Below are positions 1 through 9,255 of a DNA stretch of 64,000 bases, in pieces; the stretch's first letter is position 1, and each line of letters starts with the position of its first letter. A model generated the notes under the pieces. The model saw only the letters and a program-made list of their open reading frames with translations, was not told the DNA's origin and ran no database searches. The position numbers and the translations under genes are program-made. Origin of the DNA: Escherichia phage SP15; sequence record AP019559. One strand, written 5' to 3'.

Positions 1-123
1 GGTGCAGTGGGTCGGGCGAAAATACTTAGTCTGCTAACCGCCACCCCCGTTACAATTACCATGCTAATTGTTTCACCCTGCAACCATTTTAATTGCAGGG
101 TGAAACAATTTCAACTTTAATTA

Positions 124-858
124 TTACGCAACTTTTAATTTCTCAATATATTGTTGCGGGCTGCAACTATATTCTGCGCGTTCTTCTTCGGTCATACTTT
201 CCCAACATAATTGCAGGCGGTCGGCTAGGAATTGATAATCATTATCATCGTCGAGCGATTCATCAATAAAGGTTTCACCTATCAATGTAACACCGATTGA
301 TAGAATATCGTTAATAGCTTGCGCGTCCAGCGTTTTAAATCCGTATGATGCCGCCGCTGATAGCACGCCTTTATGATCATCAATCATCGTAAAATCAGCG
401 TTCGGATATAACTGTTTAAATAACTCAAAATAATAAGATTTATAAACTGCGTCTTTGCTGTGGTATATTTCGCTAACTTTATCAGCTTCAAAATATTTGT
501 GCAGCGTGTCACGGGAGAACACGCGGATATTGCTGTTCCCACGCCCTCGCAATCCTTGCTTGCGTAGGAAGTAATAATCTGACTTGCTCATTAGTCGAGC
601 GGTGCAAATAATGTTTAAAGTATTTGCGTCATTCATGCACTGGCGCATATATGTAACAAGGGGCAATAAGGAATCTTGCATTATTAAATCATGTTTGCAG
701 GCTTCATTTTTATACTTATTTAAATCTAAATTGCCCTCGCTATCAAAGCAAGGCGCTACACGATGAAACGAATTAATGATAGTGCCGTCTAAATCCCAAA
801 TCATAACGCGGGAAATATGCGGGAAATTACGGGTAATATTCATTTTAACTTGATTCAT
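124..858 (-). CDS. dmp: 5'-deoxyribonucleotidase (HAD-superfamily dNMP phosphatase), T5 Dmp-like
   Basis: 244-aa ORF; N-terminal HAD motif I 'IWDLDGTI' (DxDGT); size and position match T5 pre-early dmp as I recall it. Confidence 0.8.
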   Translation of the reverse strand: MNQVKMNITRNFPHISRVMIWDLDGTIINSFHRVAPCFDSEGNLDLNKYKNEACKHDLIMQDSLLPLVTYMRQCMNDANTLNIICTARLMSKSDYYFLRKQGLRGRGNSNIRVFSRDTLHKYFEADKVSEIYHSKDAVYKSYYFELFKQLYPNADFTMIDDHKGVLSAAASYGFKTLDAQAINDILSIGVTLIGETFIDESLDDDNDYQFLADRLQLCWESMTEEERAEYSCSPQQYIEKLKVA

Positions 859-945
859 TTTGTTACGTTCTCCATTTAAGGGATTAGATTAATTCAATCT
901 AGCCCACTAATTATATTTTGTTAGTGGGCTATGTTTAATTAACTA

Positions 946-1344
946 TTAGAATGCTAGACCGAAAGCGAGAGCGTCGGCAATAAAGCTAACATCTTCACCT
1001 GATACATAGGAACGAATCCCCGCACAAGTATATACTTTTGCGCTGATCAATTGATCATCGAGGCAAGCGGGGCAAGGCGCGACAACTGCAAAGGCTAGGC
1101 CGGATTTTACAGCGTCGATGATAATCGTTTCTTGTTTCACCGTATCAATATAAACGCCTGCGGCCTTAATGTAACTACTTGCGCAGCCTTGCGTATAGGC
1201 AAAGGTAGTAACCTGCAAGGCGTCGTTAAATTCGATTAAATCATCGACAACGTGCCCCGCCTCGACGTGATAACGCTCACCATTAGAATAAACCAGAACA
1301 ATTGAGGATTGAGCGCGATCGAATGGAATATTTTGCTTTTTCAT
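946..1344 (-). CDS. hypothetical protein
   Basis: 132-aa ORF co-oriented in the compact pre-early array; no motif recognised. Confidence 0.5.
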   Translation of the reverse strand: MKKQNIPFDRAQSSIVLVYSNGERYHVEAGHVVDDLIEFNDALQVTTFAYTQGCASSYIKAAGVYIDTVKQETIIIDAVKSGLAFAVVAPCPACLDDQLISAKVYTCAGIRSYVSGEDVSFIADALAFGLAF

Positions 1345-1382
1345 ATTTATATAACTCCAATTAGTTTAATAAGGGGTTTAAT

Positions 1383-1640
1383 TTATTTGATAATAATCTG
1401 CATTTGATACGGCGTTAATTCACCGTTTACGGGTAAATTATTATCGCTTAGCCACTCATAAAAAGCACCATCATCATCAAAAGGGACAATATCGTTATCA
1501 CGGGAATCGACGGAAATAATACCATCCGTATTAGTTTTGGCGGCTAGGATAGGCCCGAAGCTGTAAACTTTATCAGATTCCATTTCATCCGGTGAAATGA
1601 ATACTTTTTCGTCCAATGTTTTGGGTAATGTAACTTTCAT
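1383..1640 (-). CDS. hypothetical protein
   Basis: 85-aa ORF, co-oriented, acidic. Confidence 0.5.
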   Translation of the reverse strand: MKVTLPKTLDEKVFISPDEMESDKVYSFGPILAAKTNTDGIISVDSRDNDIVPFDDDGAFYEWLSDNNLPVNGELTPYQMQIIIK

Positions 1641-1697
1641 TCTAATTTAGCTCCTGTAATAGCGGCTATATTTCAAGCCGCTAGGGTAATAATTTAA

Positions 1698-3362
1698 TTA
1701 TGCAAAGAATTTACCGTTCTTAAAGTCGATCAAAGTACGCTGACCGTTTGCATAGGTAATTAAATGCGTTTGTGTCCAGCTTGACGCGCCAACGTTGTAA
1801 CCCATATCCAGACTACCAGCTACGCCAGCGGTATATACCCCGCCGTAAATGCTGGCGGTATGAGTGTGCCCCGTGTTCAGTTTACCCAATTTCTTAAACT
1901 GTTTCGGATTGCCACGGCTGCCGTTTATGCCATTGTGACCGTGTACGCCGCATTCAATGCCTGCAATTTTAAATGATTGGTCAGTCGTTAGGAAAATGGC
2001 GTTAAACTCGCAACCTGCAACCTTACGCAGCGCATAATCTAGCACGTTGAAAGTATCGTCTTTTTCTGCAATAGCTCCATAAATCGCGGCATTAAGGCGG
2101 TGATATAGTTCCGCGTTTGCTGGGTCGTCTTTAATGTTAGCATTACGATCATCAAGCCAACGGGATAACGCCAGATCATGGTTAGATTCAACAATGATTG
2201 TTTGCGAGAAATCGCGCTCCATTGATTCCAGTACGCGCCCCGTATCGATGAGATCATCCAGAACTTTATCACGTCCGGAGGCATACTGTTTTGCTAGGAA
2301 TACACCCGAAGCGCGGTTGTGATGGTTGCGTGATGTAAAGTCGTGAACGTCATGGATAAACTGATATTTTGGTTTAAGAATATCAAGCAAGCTATTTTCG
2401 CCAGCCCATGACGCAGCGGCGCATTCTTCATCTAATTTTTCAGCGTGGATGTCGCCATATTGTAAACCTAAAACGTGCCCCGTTGTTTCATAGCATCCGG
2501 CAGGAGTAGCGCAAACATTCAGATCATAAAACACGCCGCTTTCGTCCATTGTTTCAAGCTGGCGAACAAAAAATTCCCCGTCCTCATCGAACTCAACAAT
2601 CAGCGCACCGAAATTATGCAGCGCCTCGGCCTTTTGTCCTGCTTTCTGCTGAATGTAATTTTTGAGCGTTGCCGTTCCGGTTGAATACATGCGGCGCACA
2701 ATTTCACCTTTTAAAGCTGGCACGCTTTCGGCGGTGATTTTAGCCGCTCCAATTGCCAGACCTTCCAGATTAAGCGCGGTTGCAGTTTCAGCGAATCCAG
2801 AAAGCGGATAATCTGCGGTTGGCAAAACATTAATTTCAGCCATGAAAGCAAAACGGCGGTTATTTAAAAACACGTTTTTATTGCAGATATATTTATCAAA
2901 AGCGGAATCATATTTGATTCCGTCTGCGCCCTCGCCATTTTGAAAACCGTTTTTGTTATAGATATATTTTGAAACGAGCAAATCAGCGCCGATATATTTA
3001 GCAAATTGCTCCAGTGAGGCTAAAAAGTTTTTATGCGGGAAAGTATTATTCTGAATCGATGTAATAATAAAGCGTTTGCCTTGTTTTACTTCCCAGCTTT
3101 CCACCGTGCTAGAAACAATCCCCGCCGCTTCTGGGCGCTCATCGTTTTTAATGGCTTTTGCTACTTTCGCCGCTTTCGGTTTAGCTGGTTTATTTGCTTC
3201 CAACCAGTCGCAGATAGCGGTCGAGTGTTTTGTTGTATCGTAGACCGCTTTTGATATATCGTCGCAGACCTCCAGTTTAGTAGCGCGCAGACGTTTACCA
3301 TAGAAATTAAAGTCAGCGGCCATTTTCAGGATAACGGTTTGTTTTTCTGCGGAAATAATCAT
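1698..3362 (-). CDS. A1: A1-like pre-early protein, calcineurin-type metallophosphoesterase (predicted nuclease)
   Basis: Track ORF extends to 3452; I place the start at the ATG at 3362 (MIISAEK..., GGAG about 10 nt upstream), giving ~554 aa; motifs 'GDIHAEKLD' and 'GHTHTASIYGG' typical of metallophosphoesterases. Confidence 0.7.
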   Translation of the reverse strand: MIISAEKQTVILKMAADFNFYGKRLRATKLEVCDDISKAVYDTTKHSTAICDWLEANKPAKPKAAKVAKAIKNDERPEAAGIVSSTVESWEVKQGKRFIITSIQNNTFPHKNFLASLEQFAKYIGADLLVSKYIYNKNGFQNGEGADGIKYDSAFDKYICNKNVFLNNRRFAFMAEINVLPTADYPLSGFAETATALNLEGLAIGAAKITAESVPALKGEIVRRMYSTGTATLKNYIQQKAGQKAEALHNFGALIVEFDEDGEFFVRQLETMDESGVFYDLNVCATPAGCYETTGHVLGLQYGDIHAEKLDEECAAASWAGENSLLDILKPKYQFIHDVHDFTSRNHHNRASGVFLAKQYASGRDKVLDDLIDTGRVLESMERDFSQTIIVESNHDLALSRWLDDRNANIKDDPANAELYHRLNAAIYGAIAEKDDTFNVLDYALRKVAGCEFNAIFLTTDQSFKIAGIECGVHGHNGINGSRGNPKQFKKLGKLNTGHTHTASIYGGVYTAGVAGSLDMGYNVGASSWTQTHLITYANGQRTLIDFKNGKFFA

Positions 3363-3451
3363 AGTATAAAACTCCATTAAAGGGACTAGGTTAATAACGG
3401 CAATATTGCCAAATATAACGCCGCAAATGAGTGGCGTTATAATTTGCAACA

Positions 3452-3649
3452 TTAATTTAAAGGTATAAGGCTAGAACTAACACCACAAGCAACGGCGGCA
3501 ATAAAACAAATCAGACCTAAACGCTTTGCCAATTTAGACTTACGTTTAAAATAATATGAATCTAAATCATTTTGAAAATAAGCGAATAGTAACGAGGCCG
3601 CCATAATAAATAAGCCTAGAATGAGGGATTCAGTAGGGTAAAAGATCAT
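3452..3649 (-). CDS. small two-helix membrane protein
   Basis: Track ORF 3452..3697 begins at a GTG inside an 18-bp palindrome; ATG at 3649 with GGAG upstream is the more likely start; two hydrophobic helices. Confidence 0.4.
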   Translation of the reverse strand: MIFYPTESLILGLFIMAASLLFAYFQNDLDSYYFKRKSKLAKRLGLICFIAAVACGVSSSLIPLN

Positions 3650-3679
3650 TTTAATAACTCCAGTCAAAGGGAAATTATA

Positions 3680-3697
3680 GTGGGGAATATTCCCCAC
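3680..3697. repeat. perfect 18-bp palindrome GTGGGGAATATTCCCCAC between the A2-like and A1-like genes
   Basis: Read directly; sequence is its own reverse complement. Confidence 0.8.
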
Positions 3698-3706
3698 TAA
3701 TTAAAT

Positions 3707-4123
3707 TTATTCGCCTGCGGCTTGTTTCACTTCATCGGCAACGCCTAACAGTTGCGCCACGGCGTCCAGCGTTTCCAGTTTTGCGCTTTCCAGTGATGCC
3801 AGATCGTCGGCGTCTTTGATAATGCCGGAATCGATGGCGTGTTTTGCAATTACGCGCACATAATGCGCTTTGCGGATTGAGCTACCGCCGCCAACTTTGC
3901 GCGGCTTATCGCTTTTCTGATACGCTTTCGCGCTGGTCAATTTTGAGCGAACGGACACGGGAGAAGCCGCGCCCACTGCTTTCGCGATCTCTTTCAGGCC
4001 GTCGCTATTTGCGAAATCTAAACCGTTTTCATTAATTAACTGCTGGTACATGGTAACAGCTTTTTGGGTGTTTTCTTCATTCCATGCAAATTTTGCGGAT
4101 TTTTCGGTTTTAACGTTAGCCAT
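3707..4123 (-). CDS. A2: A2-like pre-early DNA-binding protein (tentative)
   Basis: 138-aa basic/acidic protein immediately upstream (in transcription) of the A1-like gene; assignment rests on gene order and size. Confidence 0.5.
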   Translation of the reverse strand: MANVKTEKSAKFAWNEENTQKAVTMYQQLINENGLDFANSDGLKEIAKAVGAASPVSVRSKLTSAKAYQKSDKPRKVGGGSSIRKAHYVRVIAKHAIDSGIIKDADDLASLESAKLETLDAVAQLLGVADEVKQAAGE

Positions 4124-4221
4124 GATTGTAGCTCCTATTAGTTTAATTTAAGGGATAAGATTAACATAATGTTAATCGTTATATACCCCGAACTACTGGG
4201 GTATATAAAGTTAACACTAAA

Positions 4222-4473
4222 TTATAAAACAGCTTCCCATTTTTCGTTACGCTGGACAACCTTTACAACGTCGCCGGATTTAACGCGAACGCTAAAAACG
4301 GTTTTGCCGTTGTTACTACGTTCCGTTTCAGCGTATACCGCGTCGATTGTATCAAATGGCATAAGCGCCGCGCCTTTAATGCGTTCGGCCTTTCCGGTTA
4401 ATTCATCCGTTTTAGTAACGAAAGGAATAAAAACGGATTGACCAATTTTAGGCGTGGTAATAATGTTTTGCAT
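4222..4473 (-). CDS. hypothetical protein
   Basis: 83-aa ORF co-oriented. Confidence 0.5.
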   Translation of the reverse strand: MQNIITTPKIGQSVFIPFVTKTDELTGKAERIKGAALMPFDTIDAVYAETERSNNGKTVFSVRVKSGDVVKVVQRNEKWEAVL

Positions 4474-4671
4474 AGTATAAACTCCAAGTTATTTAGGGGA
4501 TTGTTCCGCATTACCTGCTAGAAAGTAGCAGGTAATAAGCAACAATCCGCTCGCCAATATAATCAATTTAAAGAACTCCACGCAGGCCGCTATATCCCAG
4601 TTAGGGGGCGGGGCACATTATGGTAAGTGCCGACCGTCAAATTTTATCAAATTATCGCTCTTATCGAACTG

Positions 4672-4960
4672 GGTACATCTTAAAGCCTATCGGCTAGGGT
4701 GTCAAACTATTTTTTGCAGTTTTTTATGGTTTTCCTTCAGGTCGATCATAATATTACGCCAGATCATTTCCAGACCTTGCTGGCGGCCTTTCTTGTACTG
4801 CGTGAATCGGTATTTTACCGATCTTTGCGCTACTGTCAACAAATTTTTTGTTTTGCTATCTAGTGCCTTGCTAGGCTTGCCAGTGATCAATAAAGTTTGT
4901 TTCATATCGTCGATTCCTTATAATGTATAAGTTTACCGCCGATAGGCTTTAAGATGTACC
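4672..4960. repeat. 22-bp perfect inverted repeat (4672-4693 / 4939-4960) flanking a 67-aa ORF
   Basis: GGTACATCTTAAAGCCTATCGG and its exact reverse complement, 245 bp apart. Confidence 0.8.
4702..4905 (-). CDS. hypothetical small basic protein
   Basis: 67-aa ORF lying exactly between the 22-bp inverted repeats. Confidence 0.4.
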   Translation of the reverse strand: MKQTLLITGKPSKALDSKTKNLLTVAQRSVKYRFTQYKKGRQQGLEMIWRNIMIDLKENHKKLQKIV

Positions 4961-4966
4961 CAATTT

Positions 4967-5191
4967 TTAAAGAGCGCGGCGGTAACTTCCCGCCGTGTAG
5001 TTCGTCATTGCCGTCCTACGTGATAAATAATAGGGGATTCCCGAAAATGGCGCAACCTTATTTTTGTAAAGAAACGTAAAGACACGATTCACCGCACGCC
5101 GTCCGGCGGCATGGGCGCGGCGCACTAAAATTAAAAGAAACGGGCGCGCGAGTACCACAAAACAGAGCAAATAGGCAAGTAATTTTTTCAT
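4967..5191 (-). CDS. hypothetical protein with hydrophobic N-terminus (doubtful)
   Basis: 74-aa ORF over a locally GC-rich patch; Arg-rich; coding status uncertain. Confidence 0.3.
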   Translation of the reverse strand: MKKLLAYLLCFVVLARPFLLILVRRAHAAGRRAVNRVFTFLYKNKVAPFSGIPYYLSRRTAMTNYTAGSYRRAL

Positions 5192-5362
5192 TTATATTTG
5201 CTTTGCCCTACTTGACAAAACTTAAAAAGCTCGTGGTAGCGATAAACGAGGGTAGGCAATGCAATGGCACGGCTAAAACTTTCATCGCGTTCTAGGGCGT
5301 TTTAGGCGCATTCTAGCCTTGTTGATAACTTATCCCCAAAAGCAAAAATGAAATTTTCCTAG

Positions 5363-5771
5363 TTATCCACTTGACTTTTATTTTCCAGTGGATAACTACT
5401 TATTTTATGAAATAAATTAATTGACTTTTATTTGTTAGTATGCATCGGAAGAATAGCAGACTAATAATTACTAGAATAATAATCATGCTGGTGGATTGTA
5501 ACGGCCTAAACTATCAGCAGACTATTAATCACGAAAAATCTCGTTAGCTAACTAACTATTTCATGATGTATAATATACATATAAATTAATGAGAAATAAT
5601 AATTATAATAAATAATAACTACAGTAAATAATAACTATAAGAAACTATCGGCCTAAGTGAGAACCACTATCATTTAAGTTATCCACAACGTTATCCACAG
5701 CACAAAATAATTTGACACGATAGGCGGCGATATAAGGGCTTATCCACAGACTTATCCACAGGTTATCCTAC
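5363..5771. promoter_or_regulatory. DnaA-box cluster A (six to seven TTATCCAC[A/T] 9-mers) with adjacent AT-rich low-complexity stretch
   Basis: Boxes at 5363-5371, 5387-5395 (opposite strand), 5679-5687, 5691-5699, 5740-5748, 5752-5760, variant 5763-5771; AT-rich tract about 5540-5640. Confidence 0.7.
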
Positions 5772-5786
5772 TGTATAAATATACAG
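5747..5786. repeat. left arm of a 40-bp inverted repeat (39/40 match with 9138-9177)
   Basis: Reverse complement of CAGACTTATCCACAGGTTATCCTACTGTATAAATATACAG recurs at 9138-9177 with one mismatch. Confidence 0.8.
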
Positions 5787-6053
5787 GGTAGAAAGGTAGT
5801 GTTAACAACTGCAATCAATTTTAAGCGGCCTAAAACGCTTTCTAACGAGCTAAATGCGGTGGGGTAATATTAAAGTAAAGCCTTCACCCGTCGCCCTGGT
5901 GGCTTCGCCGTGTTTTGCTCTTTATTGCACCGCTGCGCGGTTAGCATAAAACTAGGCGCTAGGCAAGGAAAATAAAAAGGTAAAATAATATTTGCCTATG
6001 TTAGAAAATTACCTTTATCATTCACTCACCGATTAACGAGGGAGGCCGAACAA

Positions 6054-7046
6054 ATGAGGCTATATAAACCAGATAACGCAACCGTCTTAAAAGGTGCGCT
6101 GCGTAACCTGCTGGACGGTAGCAGAACAACCAGCATCAAACATTTTGTTTTCAATATTGAAACTATTCATCAAAACTTTTTTGGTGATTATGATGCTTAT
6201 AATATGGATAGTTTTCTACCGTTATATAAACAAGGGGCAACGCTTGTTTTATATAATCAGGAATCTCACTTGCTTACTAGTCGAGGGCCAGATACTGATT
6301 TTATTTTAGTAAAAGGCAACACAGTAAAAGCCTATGATGCGGGGGCGGGCTTAGAAGTTTTCACAATAGAAAACTATGAGGCTAATGATAATGATCTTTA
6401 TGATGTAGAAAATTTTCTCGATTCATTTTGGCGTTATTTATCAGTTGGATGGAATCGATCAGATTATGACGGGTATCGTTTTGCGGCTGTAATGGCTTTT
6501 GATGATAACGGTAATTTTTTATTACCATCGGAATTATACCCGTATGTGCATAATGAGCTAGTACAAGAAGCGGGTTTTATTTTCTGGAAAGATGAAGATC
6601 AGATTATTGACAGCGTAGAAAACCATGCTGTAAATTCTAACACTCAAAGCGTTAAAACTCAAACTACTGAAAACAAAGGAAAAAACACCATGACCAAGAT
6701 CGCTAATATTGTTGCCGCTAATAAATCCGCTGTTGTAAACGCTGCAAAACTGGAAGCGGGTAAAATTGCACTGACTCAAATTACGAAAGTAGCGGCTAAA
6801 AAAGCACCGTTTATGATTAAAGGTTATATTGATACACCTATCGGTCGAGTAGTGATTGCCAACCTGCTGAGCGTAGCGGTTGACCAGTACGCCCCAAGTA
6901 ACCAAAAGGCGAAAGCGGTGGCAGGTGCAGCTATGGAAGCGGCTATGTTAGAAATGGTGCAAAGTTTTAACATCGCTGAGATGATTGATGAAATGGTAAA
7001 AGGTATTGATATTTCTACTTTTACCACTAGCACCGAAAGCGAGTAA
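6054..7046 (+). CDS. hypothetical protein
   Basis: 330-aa ORF; RBS GAGGGAGG upstream; first gene of the plus-strand cassette. Confidence 0.55.
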   Translation: MRLYKPDNATVLKGALRNLLDGSRTTSIKHFVFNIETIHQNFFGDYDAYNMDSFLPLYKQGATLVLYNQESHLLTSRGPDTDFILVKGNTVKAYDAGAGLEVFTIENYEANDNDLYDVENFLDSFWRYLSVGWNRSDYDGYRFAAVMAFDDNGNFLLPSELYPYVHNELVQEAGFIFWKDEDQIIDSVENHAVNSNTQSVKTQTTENKGKNTMTKIANIVAANKSAVVNAAKLEAGKIALTQITKVAAKKAPFMIKGYIDTPIGRVVIANLLSVAVDQYAPSNQKAKAVAGAAMEAAMLEMVQSFNIAEMIDEMVKGIDISTFTTSTESE

Positions 7047-7111
7047 TAATATTAAGCGGGGATTGTTACCCCGCTTTACTATTCCCTTGTTAACTAATAG
7101 GAGGCTAATAA

Positions 7112-7606
7112 ATGGCGGATGAAAAATATGGCTTCTCACTGGGAGAAGTGAGCACGGCAAAACATGATATGATCATTTTGGTCGATTGTCATACTGGCTA
7201 TTGCGGGGAAGGGAACACCGAGGAATATTTTGTTCCTACTGGTACGGATCTGGACGCTTTCGCTCAGGAAATGGCTATTGATAATGCCTCTCGTTTTGGT
7301 AGCGATGGTTACGAAGACGAAGAAACTGGCGAATGGTATGATAATGAAAACGTATATGCAAGCCTTTATCATTATCAATTAAGTAAATCCGGCACATATG
7401 TAAACGGCGGCGATCCTATTAATTCCGTCATGAGATTAATTATTAAATATGGCGGCGTCGAGATAATTGACAACAAAGCGGTAATATATGCAAACCGATT
7501 AAAACAGCTTGTTTATATTCCTGATAGTACCCGATGGGATGAATATGCTGTTTTGCATGACGAATTGAAACGATGTTTCAATATTGAATCCTTACAAGTA
7601 GTCTAA
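7112..7606 (+). CDS. hypothetical protein
   Basis: 164-aa ORF; RBS AGGAGG 7 nt upstream. Confidence 0.55.
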   Translation: MADEKYGFSLGEVSTAKHDMIILVDCHTGYCGEGNTEEYFVPTGTDLDAFAQEMAIDNASRFGSDGYEDEETGEWYDNENVYASLYHYQLSKSGTYVNGGDPINSVMRLIIKYGGVEIIDNKAVIYANRLKQLVYIPDSTRWDEYAVLHDELKRCFNIESLQVV

Positions 7607-7619
7607 TGTAAAGTTTTGT

Positions 7620-7651
7620 AAAGGTCGCCTTTTATGGTGGCCTTTTTTGTT
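7620..7651 (+). terminator. Rho-independent terminator candidate
   Basis: 10-bp stem (two G-U pairs) AAAGGTCGCC/GGTGGCCTTT, loop TTTTAT, then T-run. Confidence 0.5.
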
Positions 7652-7711
7652 ATAATGCCTTTACACCGTTTGAGGACGGTTGAAAATTTTCCCAAAAATT
7701 GGAGGCTTAAA

Positions 7712-7942
7712 ATGGTTGCTTACTCTTCTGCTAGTCATCTGTTCACCGCTCAAGGCTGGGTATCTAACCGCGTTATTATTCACGAAATGGTGCAAGAATA
7801 TGGCATTGCTAAAACTTACACTACCATTCAGGCGCTTTATGATAATGATCAAATCGATCAGCAAACGGCTGGCTTTTTGCTGGATACCCTGAAAGCAGAA
7901 CATTGCACCAAAAAACAAGCGGCTAAAATTGTTTTAATGTAA
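7712..7942 (+). CDS. hypothetical protein
   Basis: Track ORF 7634..7942 trimmed to the ATG at 7712, which has a GGAGG RBS and lies downstream of the terminator hairpin. Confidence 0.5.
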   Translation: MVAYSSASHLFTAQGWVSNRVIIHEMVQEYGIAKTYTTIQALYDNDQIDQQTAGFLLDTLKAEHCTKKQAAKIVLM

Positions 7943-7988
7943 TTAATAACGGGGGATATTATATCCCCCGCTAACTAGGAGGATGAAA

Positions 7989-8138
7989 ATGGTTATTTTT
8001 CGAGCTATTCTGGCGGGTATCTTGGGCGCTATTTTATCTTTATTTGCAATAGCTTTCGACGTTCACGCGGTTATTATCGGCGCGGGTATCGCTGTATTTT
8101 CTTATCTGCTGGGCTGCATGACTAGTAAAGGAGAATAA
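7989..8138 (+). CDS. small hydrophobic membrane protein (49 aa, below ORF-track cutoff)
   Basis: ATG with AGGAGG RBS; single long hydrophobic segment; stop 2 nt before the next ATG. Confidence 0.4.
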   Translation: MVIFRAILAGILGAILSLFAIAFDVHAVIIGAGIAVFSYLLGCMTSKGE

Positions 8139-8140
8139 AA

Positions 8141-8353
8141 ATGATCCGCAACGTTTCCCTTGCACGTTCGAAAGGCTTTAAGCTGGTGGACGTTAACACG
8201 TTCGAGCGTGAAGATTGTAAAATCGAATATGTAGCACGTAATAAGAATGCCTTTCGTGTTACCGAGAAAAAATTCGATAAGCGCGGCAACGTGATCGCTG
8301 AAACGGTTAAACACTTTGCCACCTTTTACGCTGCGTTTCGGGGAGTGTTATAA
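8141..8353 (+). CDS. hypothetical protein
   Basis: 70-aa ORF; RBS AAAGGAGA. Confidence 0.5.
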   Translation: MIRNVSLARSKGFKLVDVNTFEREDCKIEYVARNKNAFRVTEKKFDKRGNVIAETVKHFATFYAAFRGVL

Positions 8354-8354
8354 A

Positions 8355-8699
8355 ATGGTAATTTATGAAGGTAATCGTTTTGTTGCTAATTGCCGTCCGG
8401 CATTATTAGCAAACTATTTAAACCAGCTTTCACCAGCTTATAAGGGCGTTATTAATATTTATGAGGGCACGGCGCATTATAAAATCAATGCGGTCGTTGC
8501 CCGTGAACTAGCGTTTCAATTTTTGACCTTTGCATCTTGTGACGTTCAGGTTATGGGTGAAGCGTTAATTGCAGAAAATGAAGATGATTTTATTAATATT
8601 TTCCGCAAGATATGCACCGAGCGCCTGATAATGAAAGGCGCGTATATTCAATCCACTGCGGATAGTATTGAAACAGCGTTTCGAAAGGTGGCGCAATGA
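8355..8699 (+). CDS. hypothetical protein
   Basis: Track ORF 8316..8699 trimmed to the ATG at 8355 (MVIYEGN...) with GGGAG upstream. Confidence 0.5.
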   Translation: MVIYEGNRFVANCRPALLANYLNQLSPAYKGVINIYEGTAHYKINAVVARELAFQFLTFASCDVQVMGEALIAENEDDFINIFRKICTERLIMKGAYIQSTADSIETAFRKVAQ

Positions 8700-8799
8700 G
8701 ATTATATATTTTCGCGGGTAATGTTGAGGCTGCAAATGATTCCGCTGGTGGCGATAACGTTCGTCACTACTGGCAAAAATATATTTACTAGGGGTTATT

Positions 8800-8994
8800 A
8801 TGAGCAATAAAATTATTGTGACCAAAACTACCACAACGGTTGACGTTTTTTATGTGCCTGATACGCCGGAAAACCGGCAAGCGGTCGAGCGGGGCGAATA
8901 TGATAGCGTTATTTATGATCACGATGGTTACTACCAACATTTGGTGGATTCCTACGGGGAGGAGGAAAAAATCACGCATCAATTACCGGACTGA
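8800..8994 (+). CDS. hypothetical acidic protein
   Basis: 64-aa ORF, last gene of the plus-strand cassette. Confidence 0.5.
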   Translation: MSNKIIVTKTTTTVDVFYVPDTPENRQAVERGEYDSVIYDHDGYYQHLVDSYGEEEKITHQLPD

Positions 8995-9001
8995 CAACAA
9001 G

Positions 9002-9023
9002 CGGGGATCTGCTCCCCGTTTTT
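9002..9023 (+). terminator. Rho-independent terminator
   Basis: CGGGGA-tctgc-TCCCCG stem-loop followed by TTTTT directly after the stop at 8994. Confidence 0.7.
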
Positions 9024-9137
9024 CACGCCTCCAGTTAAATACCTCTTTGTTTTAGTATCCCCACCAAAATTAAACGCGTCAGAATGCGATCTAGGACGTT
9101 TTAGCGGTATATTAGAATTATTCACTACATAGGAATA

Positions 9138-9245
9138 CTGTATATTTATACAGTAGGATAAGCTGTGGATAAGTCTGTTAATAACGCTTCAAAATGGCTA
9201 GGATTCTGTCAAGTCAAATCGTGCTGTTAATAAGTCTGTGGATAA
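9138..9245. promoter_or_regulatory. DnaA-box cluster B (three boxes, opposite orientation to cluster A) including the right arm of the 40-bp inverted repeat (9138-9177)
   Basis: Reverse-complement TTATCCACA boxes at 9164-9172 and 9237-9245, variant at 9153-9161. Confidence 0.7.
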
Positions 9246-9255
9246 CTTAAATAAC

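Noticed and set aside
2039-2684. Antisense ORFs 2039..2284, 2134..2322 and 2475..2684 inside the A1-like gene
   Set aside because: Fully embedded in a long ORF with clear enzymatic motifs; typical antisense artefacts.
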